Assembly: GCF_009914755.1 (NCBI RefSeq)
Contig: NC_060931.1
Direction: 5' to 3' (one strand)
Source of the DNA: the human T2T-CHM13v2.0 reference genome, Homo sapiens
Length of the DNA: 64,000 nt
Position numbers and translations under genes: made by a program. How positions within the stretch are numbered: position 1 is the first letter of the stretch; each line of letters opens with the position of its first letter. The notes beneath the pieces are model-generated. The model saw only the letters and a program-made list of their open reading frames with translations, ran no database searches and was not told the DNA's origin. Of the stretch, positions 54,514-64,000 are shown in pieces.

Positions 54514-55394
54514 ATGATCAATACATCCACCCTGTCAGACTCCTCAAACATAGACTTAGATCACTGTGACATGCATTGTAGGATAATCCTCATGACACTC
54601 TACAGTGTGGTTGTACTTAGTGGCACTGCAGGAATGGTTATGATGTTACGTATGATCTTCAAAACAAATAGCCAATCAATGATCGGTACAATCATCTTCA
54701 ATATCATAGTGCTGCACTCCATCCTCCTGGTCAGCCTTCCATTCCACCTCAGCTATTATGTCTTAGTCATCTGGGAGCTTGGATTTCTTTACCTGCCGAG
54801 TGGTTAGCATCATATATGGGCATATGTACTTTACTTTTGTTTTCTGTGTGGCCATTGTCATACTCTGATTACTCATTTATGTTAAGAAACTCCAAATGCA
54901 ACAGTTACAAAACTACCATGTAGTAGTTTCAAGCATTATTATTTGGATGGTGGGTTGCCTCATTTTTGTCAATTTTTTTTTTTTTTTACAGTATGGCATA
55001 GATCCAAGTTACTCAGAACAACGATGCTTTGAATTCTGCAAAGATCTTAACCACAGAGAATTCATTATCATGAACTACTCTGTGATTGTCACTATGGATG
55101 ACAATGGTTGTGATCCTCTTCCTGATACAGACAGCTGTCATCATTCAACTGATAAAAGCTCTTTGACCTGACATGTGGACCCATCAAGAGTATAGACCCC
55201 AAATCAAGAGTTTCTTCTTCCTTCTAGTAATAGTTGTCTGTTTTGTACCCCACCATGCATTCTGGGTACACTTTATTCAAAATAATTCAGAGAGAAAAGC
55301 TTCTAACTTAGTTCTTTATAATGAAATTTATGTTGCTTTAACGACTGTCTGTTGCCTGGATATGCTGTGTTTCTTAAGTGGGGTTATACATTAA
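54514..55394 (+). pseudogene. GPR141BP: GPR141-like (GPR141B-type) class A orphan GPCR pseudogene, single coding exon, ~290 codons when repaired
   Basis: Three ORF pieces stitch into a 7TM protein matching GPR141 motifs: NIIVLHSILLVSLPFHLSY (GPR141 NLVVVHSVFLLTVPFRLTY), TCRVVS..GHMYFTFVF (FCKFVS..HMYLTFLF), QYG..YSEQRCFEF (RYG..YNEEHCFKF), HQEYRPQIKSFFF..VCFVP (HQEFWAQLKNLFF..VCFLP), LYNEI..LT..CCLD (FYNEI..VT..SCYD). Lesions: +1 at ~54787, TGA at 54866-54868, +1 at ~55097, TGA at 55164-55166. Confidence 0.9.
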
Positions 55395-55555
55395 GCATTC
55401 CTATGTCTCTTCCTTCACAGTATTTTCCCACCTTTGTGATAAAATGCTTTAACTGAATGAGTGTTACTGTGATTTCAAAATTTTTCATCTTAATCATCAT
55501 CAGAATTGTTTTTTTTCCCAAAAAGGTAATGAGGATTGATTGCTCCCCTCTCTTT

Positions 55556-55849
55556 TTTTTTTTTTTTTTGAGACGGAGTCTCGCTGTCGCCCAGGCTGGA
55601 GTGCAGTGGCGCAATCTCGGCTCACTGCAGGCTCCGCCCCCTGGGGTTCACGCCATTCTCCTGCCTCAGCCTCCGGAGTAGCTGGGACTACAGGCGCCCG
55701 CCACCTCGCCCGGCTAATTTTTTGTATTTTTAGTAGAGACAGGGTTTCACCGTGTTAGCCAGGATGGTCTCGATCTCCTGACCTCGTGATCCGCCCGCCT
55801 CGGCCTCCCAAAGTGCTGGGATTACAGGCGTGAGCCACCGCGCCCGGCC
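55556..55849 (-). mobile_element. Young AluY (AluYe/Yk-like diagnostics), CpG-rich, perfect 15 bp TSD
   Basis: TSD tgctcccctctcttt at 55541-55555 and 55850-55864. Diagnostics: ctcgctgtcgcc, caggctccgcccc, ccacctcgcccgg. Confidence 0.95.
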
Positions 55850-56593
55850 TGCTCCCCTCTCTTTAGAGAACCATTACCAGTTCTATATTTACCATACAAT
55901 ATGTTCAATCTCTTAGCTCTATATAAGCTGACTGCATCATTTTTTCCAGACTTAACTACCTTCATGCAGTACTTAACTTGAGCTAAGCACAACAATTGGT
56001 TTCCCTGTACTCTCCAGGGAAATTTGCTCACAGATTTCACAGAACAAGATAAATGGCAGTGTACTCAAATTACATTGTGAGCAAAAGTTGTGACATTTGC
56101 TCTCTCTTTGAGTTCTGACCCTAGAACATTCTTTCCCTCCATCTCCACCTATCAATTTTTTAAGATCCAGAGAACCTGGAAATAGGAACAGTATAAACTG
56201 GGCTCTAGAGAATACTTAAGTTGACATAGCTGCTTCTTGAAAACTACTGATTGTCAGTAAAGCTTCAGTTACTGTCTTTGGTATTTGGAGGAAAACATTA
56301 GCTCGGATAGGAAGTCAACAGAGAGAAAACTCTTTCAGGAATGACTAGGCATAATAACTTGCCATTATTATTGTTACTATAATTATTAATTATATTTGAA
56401 AATGCTATAGTAGACCCACTTTATAATTTTGCTACCACATAACAGGATAAATGGCAGTGCACTCAAATTATATTTAATCAATTTTCTTAGGGCACATGGT
56501 GTGTTTTAAGTCAGTCTTCTCAAGATAGACAGTATTCATTATTGTCAGTACTCAACTTACTAATTCATTAGGTTTCACAAGTTCGTTTTTAAT

Positions 56594-57133
56594 ATGGTAG
56601 GCAGCCTCTAAGAGGAGCTCCAACGATTCCTGCCTCCTAATATTTCCTGTATAATGACCATGTGGAATCTCCTCCCCTTTTACTGACTTCTTATTAATAG
56701 AACAAGGCAGAGTGATGGAATGTCATTTCCAAGGTTAGGTTACAAAAAAGCTGTGGCTTCCATCTCGAGCACTCTTTCTGTCTTTCTTGGATTGCTTCAC
56801 TCTGGAGGAAACCAGGTCATAAGGCAGCCCTATGGAGAAGCCCATGTGGCAAATAATTGAGGCCTTCTACTAGCCATGCGAGTGAGCTTAGAAGTGGATC
56901 TTCTGAGACCTACCAATAGCTGTGGAGCAAGCTCAGAGGCAGATCCTCTCCCACCTCTCCCATTTGAACCTTGAGATGTTGGCAGCCTGGCTGGGAATTG
57001 ATTGGTGCTTCATGATAGACCCTAAGCCAGAACCACTCTGCTAAGCTGCTGCTAGATTCCTGACTTGAAACTTGTTGTTTTAAGTCCTCATGTCTTGGAG
57101 TAACGTATTATGCAGCAATAGATAACGAATATA
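56594..57133 (+). mobile_element. MLT1F-like MaLR LTR
   Basis: tggtaggcagcctctaag...tatgcagcaatagataacgaatata. Confidence 0.8.
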
Positions 57134-57435
57134 GTAAGTTATTTACACCTATAGAATGCTGCCACATAAGACACTAGTGTCTGACATTTACAACCTGCTT
57201 CTTAGTCTCTGCTTATTCCAGTTGCTGATGATAAAAATATATCCTTGCCTGTTGTTTGAGTCAATAAGAACTGTGCCTGGTACTGTATTAGAAGCTTTAC
57301 TTCTATGCCTGAAAAGTAGGGGTATGAGCATATAATGTACATGGAGATACACTGGGCTCATTTAGAGTAAAGATTGCAAGGGGGTCAGTTGAAGAGTGGG
57401 TAAGAATTGCTCTGTTAGTCATGTTGAAATCTGGA

Positions 57436-57638
57436 CCATTGGTTCTCCATATGTGGCCCTGGACCATCACTACCAGCAGCAGTAGCACCTATGACCTTGT
57501 TAGAAGTGAAAATTCTAAGAAGGAAAAATCAGTGGAGCTCCACCTGAGACCCACTGATTCAGAAATTCTGGGTGTGGGTTAGAGGTTCAACAAGCCCTCC
57601 AGGTGATTTTGATGCAGGCTAAAATCTGAGAACCACTG
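57436..57638 (+). mobile_element. MER5A
   Basis: cattggttctccatatgtgg...caagccctccaggtgattttgatgca...tgagaaccactg. Confidence 0.8.
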
Positions 57639-57644
57639 CACTGG

Positions 57645-58190
57645 ATTAAGTTGATAAATTGAAAATGGGCACAAATTCTTTGAAACTGCTCCAATTGAGA
57701 GGTGGAATTTATATCTCCTATAATTTACTATGGGTGGAATTTGTTATTGCTTCAACCAATAGAACACAAGGAAAGTGGTGCTGTGCCAATTCTCAGCTGC
57801 AGGTTTTAAGAAACTAGCAACCTCCGCTTCCTGTCTCTTGAAGCATGGGTTCTTGGAGCCTGAACTCCATGAAAGAAGTCTGACTTGCATGCTGCAGAAC
57901 ATCTAGAGATGCCTGAGATTACATGGAGATACATGGAGATGTGCCCAGATATAGCCAGACTTCCAGTGAAGGCACCAGGCACGTAAACGAAGAAGCTGTC
58001 TTGGGCCCTCCAGAACAACCTATCTGCCATGGGAATACCACTAACTGACCTCAGCCCACACAACATGGCGCAGAAGAATTGCCCACTCAATACTGCCTAA
58101 ATTCCTGATCCACACAATTATGAGAGAAATCGTTGCTTTAAACCACTAGATTCTAGGATTATTTGTTACATAAAAATAGATAATTGCCAC
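57645..58190 (+). mobile_element. MLT1G/H-like MaLR LTR
   Basis: aaaatgggcacaaattctttg..actgctccaattgagaggtgga...tttgttacataaaaatagataa. Confidence 0.7.
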
Positions 58191-59447
58191 ATGTATTATT
58201 TAAAATTTTCTACTTACCATATTAAAAATTTTAAAAGGAAGAGGCAAAATCCACAATAATAATAATATAATTTGTTTAACCCATTATATCTAGCTAGCTA
58301 TCAATCATCTACTTTTCTTTCTATTTATCTATTCTAGCTTTCTTTCTTTTATGGATTCTGACTTTGGTGCTGTCTTTAAAAAGTAGTCACCAAACCCAGG
58401 GTAATGTAGATTTTTTCCTATGTTATCTTCTGGTAGTTTTAAACTTTTGTGTTTTACATTTACGTATGTGATCCATTTTGAATTAGCTTTTGCGAAGGGT
58501 GTGAAATCTGAATCTAGATTCATATTTTTTGCATGTGGATGTCCAATTGTTTCAGCAACATTTGTTGAAAAGGCTAGCATTTCTTCATTGCATTGCATTT
58601 TCTTCTTTGTCAAAGATCAATTGACTCTATTTATGTGGGTCTATTTCTGGCCTCTCTTTTTCATTGATCTGTTTGCCTATACTTTTGCCAGTACCACACC
58701 AACTTAATTACTATAGCTTTGTAATATGTCTTAAAGTCAGGCACTCTTCATCCTCCAATTTTGTGCTTCTCCTTCATTGTGCTGGCTATTCTGGGTCTTT
58801 TGCCTTTCCACATAAATCTTAGAATAACTTTGTTGATATCCACAAAATAACTTGCTGGAATTTTAATTGGGATTGTGTTGATCCTATAAATCAAGTTAGG
58901 AAGAACTGATGTCCTGACAATATTGAGTCTGCCTCTCCGTAAACACAGAATATCTCTTCATTTACTGGGCTCCTCTTTGATTTCTTTCATCAGCTTTCCT
59001 CATGTAGATCTTGCACATATTTTGTTAGATTTACACAAAAGTGTATCATTTTGGGGGGCACAAATGTAAATGTTATTGCGTTTTTAATTTAAAATTCCAC
59101 CTTTCATTACTGGTATATAGAAAACAGATTGACTTTTGTATAATACCCATGCATCCTGCAGCCTTGCTGTGCTTATTAGTTTTAGGAGGTTTTATTATCT
59201 GGTTTATTCTTTCTGACTTTCTACATAGATGACTGTCATTTGTGAACAAAGATGGTTTTTATTTCTCCTTGCCCGTCAGTATGCTTTAAAAAAAAAACTT
59301 CGTTTATTTGGTTAGCTAGGACTTCCAGTATGATACTGAAAAGAAGTGGTAAGAAGACCATCCTTGCCGTGTTCACAATCTTAGTGGGAAAGTTTCTCAT
59401 TTCTTATCGTTACGTGTAATGTTAGCTGTCAGTTTTTTGATAAATAT

Positions 59448-59946
59448 TGTAGGGGAGGCAAAATTTTACCTCTACCCTTGTAAAGTCCCAGTTAAGCCTG
59501 AGAATTAAATTGACTTAAGAGAGTAATGGGAGAGAAGCATACAAATTGAATTTAAATTTTACATGATATGGAGTCCTCATAAGGAAATGATGATCCAAAG
59601 AAGTGGCGAGTTTGTATGCTTTTATATTAGGTTGAACAAAGAGAGGTAGTCATGGAAAAGTAACTAAATTATATGGGGAGGCTAATGGAAGGTAGAAAAG
59701 GTAGAATTATTTTAACAGGATTTGTTTGCCCAGAATTCTCTGGATATGATTCTCTATTGAAGAATGTTTCTTTTCTCCTGCTATAGAGGGGGCATCTTCC
59801 CTATGAGTTTTTCTCTTCTGTTTTCAGGAAGAAAAGGGGAAGATTAGAATGCCTTCTTGCAAATGATGTTTTTTAAGTGCCTTTAGTCTGAAGTAATACT
59901 ATGTCAAAGTGGCATATTTTGAGGTGGCGTGTTATGTCACCCTTCA
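59448..59946 (-). mobile_element. MER34-family ERV1 solo LTR with 4 bp TSD
   Basis: TG...CA termini; the minus strand starts tgaagggtg. TSD atat at 59444-59447 and 59947-59950. Confidence 0.75.
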
Positions 59947-61677
59947 ATATTCCTTATCTAGTGTCCTCTATTCCTAGTTTACTGACAGCTTTATTGTGAA
60001 AGCATCTTGAAATTTATAATGATTTTTATGTATCCATTGATATCATCATGTGATTTTTCTTCTTTAGATTGCTGATGTGATGAATTACATTAATTAATTT
60101 TTGAATGTCGAACCAGTTGCCCACCAGGGATAAATCTCACTATGGGTGTGATATATAATTCTTGTTATTCATTGCTGGATTTGATTTGTTAATATTCTGC
60201 TGAGGACTTTTGCGTCTATGATCATAAGAGATATTGGTCTGTAGTTCTGTTTTCTTGCAGTGCCTTTGTCTGGTTTGACTATTATGGTGATGTTGACCTC
60301 ATACAATGAGTTAGGAAGTATTCCCTCTGTTTCTATATTCTGGAAGAGATTGTAGAGGATTGGTATAATTTCTTCCTTAAATGTATGGTAAAATTTAACA
60401 GTGAACCCATCTGGGCCTGGTGCTCTCTGTTTTGAAATATTATTAATTATTGATTCAATTTCTTTAATAGATATAGTCCTATTTAGATTGCCTCTTTCTT
60501 CTTGCTTTGTCAGATTGTGTCTTTCAAGGACTTGGTCCCTTTCGTCTACCTTATCAAATTTGTGTTCATGCAGTTGATTATAATATTTCTTGATTATCCT
60601 TTTATTGTCTATGGGATCTCCAGTGATGTCTCCTCTTTCACTTCTGATATGAAGAATTTTTTTTTTTGATTGACCTAGCTAGAATCTTACCTATTTTCTA
60701 GGTCTTTTCAGAGAACGAGCATTGGGTTTCATTGATTTTTTCCTGTTGATTTCCTATCTTCAACTGTGTTGATTTATGTTGTAATTTTCATTATTTCTTT
60801 TTTTCTGATTACCTTGAATTTAATTTGCTCTTCCTTTTCTAGTTTCCTAAGATAGAAGCTTAGATGATTGATATTAGATCTCCCTTCTTTTCTAATATAT
60901 GCATTCAATGCTATAAATTTCCCTTTAAGAACTGCTTCTCCTGCACCCCTCAAACATTTATAAGTTGTGTTTTCATTTCAATTTAGTTCAAAAATTTTTA
61001 AATTTCTTTTGAAATTTCTCTTTTGACTCATGTGTTATTTAATTTTGTTTGATTTCCATGTAGTTTAGGATTTTCCAATTATCTTTCTGTTATTGATTTC
61101 TAGTTTAATTTCACTGTGATATACACCAGATATTACATGACATTTCTATTATCTTAGATCTCTTAAAATGTGCTTTATGGCCAAGAATGTGGTCTATTTT
61201 GGTTAATATTTCACATGAGCTTGAGAAGAAAGTATATTCGGCTGTTGTTGTAGAGAGTTACAGATGTCCAGATGATTGCTGTTGCTGTTGAGTAAAACTA
61301 TGTCCTTGCTGATTTTGTGCCTGCTGGATCTGTTCATTTCTGATAGGAGGTACTGAAATCTTCCTCCATAATGGTAGATTAACCTATTTCTCCTTCCAGC
61401 ATAATTAGTTTTTGCCTCATGTATTTTTACTCTGTTAGGCACATACATGTTAAGGATTGTTCTGTCTTTTTGGGTAATTGATTTCTTTATTATTAAGTAA
61501 TGTCCTTCTTTACCCTTCCTAACTTTCCTTGTTTTGAAGTCCATTGTGCCTGAAATTAATACAGTGATTCCTGCTTTGTTTTCATTAGTGTTAGTATGGC
61601 ATATTTCTCCTTTTCCCTTCCCTTCCCTTCGCTTCCCTTTCCTTTCCATCCCTTCCCTTTCTTTCTCTCTCTCTCTC

Positions 61678-62119
<442 letters not shown>

Positions 62120-62559
62120 TGATATAGTTGAATTAATATTTACCATATTTAGTGTTTTCTATTTGTTGTTTTTGGTTCTTTGTTCTTATTTTGTCTTTCA
62201 CTCTTTCTCTGCCTTTTGTGGTTTTAATTGAACACTTTATATGTTTCCATATTCTCTCCTCTCTTAGCATATCAGTTATGCCTTTTTTCACTTATTTTAG
62301 TGGTTGCCTTAGAGTTTGCAATATACATGTATAACTATTTCAAGGCAACTTCCAAAAACACTGTACTATTTCACAGCTAGTGCAGGTACCTTATAATAAC
62401 AAAATAATTCAAACTCCTCCCTTCTATCCCTTGTATCACTGCTGTCATTCATTTTACTTGTATGTAAGCATATATAAGCACAGATAGACATATATGCATA
62501 AGATATACACATAAGTATACATAATTGAATGCATAGTTGCTATTATTATTTTAAACAAA

Positions 62560-63596
62560 CTGTGCTGTGGAGTGAATGAAGACACTGATTGTTTTGCTTG
62601 TACCTCCAGCACACTGAAGCCACCATATTCAAAGGAGTCCAGTCTGTCTTCCTGGTGAGCCCCTGACCTCTCTGCTCTTCATCCCCTGGCTTGGACCTGC
62701 AGCACAGCCATCCTACTTCCACCTGAATGTTCTCATTGGCAGCAGCTCCATGTCTTTCTGGGGTGGAGTTCCCCGAGGCAACTGACAGCCCCCTATAACT
62801 GCCACTGCAGTGGATGCCCACCCTTGCTGCCACCAGACTGGGCAAGGAACAAAGAGCCCGAGTGCTTTATTCACACCTCCATGCCACAGCTGCTCTATGG
62901 AGAAGAGGCCAGACTGATTTTACAGCAAGCCTCCAATCCTCCAGCTCTTCACCGGGAAGGGCCGCCTGGCTTGAGGCCCACAATGCAGCTGCCCCACCCC
63001 CAGCTGATCATTTTGATTGGTAGCAGCTCTGTGCTTCTCTGGGGTGAATCCTTCAAAGACAAGTGAAAGGCCCTCTGCCATTGCCACTGTCAAGGTCCCC
63101 ACCCCTGCCACCCCCAAGCTAGGGAGAGAACAAAAAGCTTGAGTTCACAAAGGGGCTACAGTGCACAGCCTGGGAGTGCCAAGCTGAGATATATGGCCAA
63201 CACTTGAGTGGGAGAGGGGCCCACACTCTCAGAGCACTGAGAGAGAGCATAGCTGCAATTGAGGAAATACAGAGGAACCATGTGGCTGGGTAAGAGCCTA
63301 TCTACCAGCCATTACGGTTAAGTGCCATCTACTGGATGGAAGCCCAAACTTTAACACCAAAAATACATTGCTAACATACCTCCCCATAAAATCAAGGACA
63401 AGAATTCAGCCACAAATAAAGACCCTGCACAAAGCATCAGCCCTCTGAAAACATCCAGAAACAAATTCAACTGACTGTACTCAAATTACACCACAGTTAA
63501 AGGCACATCAGCCCACACAGATGAGCAAAAACGCAGGGAACTCTAAAAGCCAGAGTGTTTTCTTATTCCCAAATGACCACACTAGCTCCTCAATGA
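62560..63596 (+). mobile_element. Old primate L1 (about L1PA15-16) 5'UTR part and ORF1 start
   Basis: gccctctgaaaacatccagaaac...cccacacagatgag...ctctaaaagccagagtg...ccaaatgaccacactagctcc. Confidence 0.7.
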
Positions 63597-64000
63597 TGTA
63601 GGAGTTAAAAAGAAATTACTTAGGCAGACAGTGAGGTAAGAAAGTCTTTAGTAAGGTTTTCCTTTTAATGAAAAGCAGCCCCCAAATCATTTTCTTTTCT
63701 AACAAAGAGCAACCTGTAAAATCGAGCTGCAGACATAGAAAGGCAAGCTAGAAGTTTGCACGGGGAAGTGATGGCAGCTATGCCAGTAGGAAAGGAGCTA
63801 CCTGGGGACTAGGCATGTTCAAAATGTCAGCTCCTTCTTTCCTTTTCTTTGCCAAACCATATGTACAGTAAGGCGAAGACAACATGGCGCTGACAGGGCA
63901 AATATCCCATTTGCATAATAAGATTAGGGTGGGGAAGCCAGCTTCCTCACATGCTATGTAAATGTCACCCTAGTCTAATCAATCTTTGGGTCCTATGTAA
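63597..64000 (+). mobile_element. ERV1 (MER4-group, MER83/MER61-like) LTR, runs off the window end
   Basis: tgtaggagttaaaaagaaattacttaggcagac...aaaagcagcccccaaatc...ctgtaaaatcgagctgcagacatag. Confidence 0.7.

Noticed and set aside
54514-55394. Three short hydrophobic ORFs as separate small membrane proteins, or as a functional GPCR
   Set aside because: They are consecutive pieces of one frame broken by two frameshifts and two stops.

Overview
Hominoid (human-like) genomic DNA, dominated by interspersed repeats. It contains Alu (including one young AluY), L1PA/L1M, L2, MIR, THE1/MLT/ERV LTRs and hAT/mariner fossils. I find no intact protein-coding gene. The only gene-like sequences are a disabled single-exon class A GPCR related to GPR141 (54514-55394, +; best read as the GPR141B-type pseudogene; 2 frameshifts and 2 stops) and a ~220 bp retrocopy of the distal CALM2 3'UTR (25748-25971). 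A ~5.9 kb SATR1/SATR2-like tandem array of ~63 bp units, each built from interlocking hairpins, lies at 46059-51946. It looks superficially CRISPR-like but has no spacers. The most unusual content is structural: an L1 with both ends and TSDs whose ORF1-ORF2 interior is removed at what looks like a GT-AG splice junction; a Charlie2 DNA-transposon fragment inserted with L1-type 17 bp TSDs, with the empty site preserved in an inverted copy nearby; a 194 bp ~95% identical inverted repeat; several locally templated duplications and inversions; palindrome-corrected satellite units; and 10 of 10 Alus on the minus strand. I found no evidence of a new protein-based system. Repeat subfamily names come from my recall of consensus sequences, not from a search, and boundaries of old repeats are approximate.
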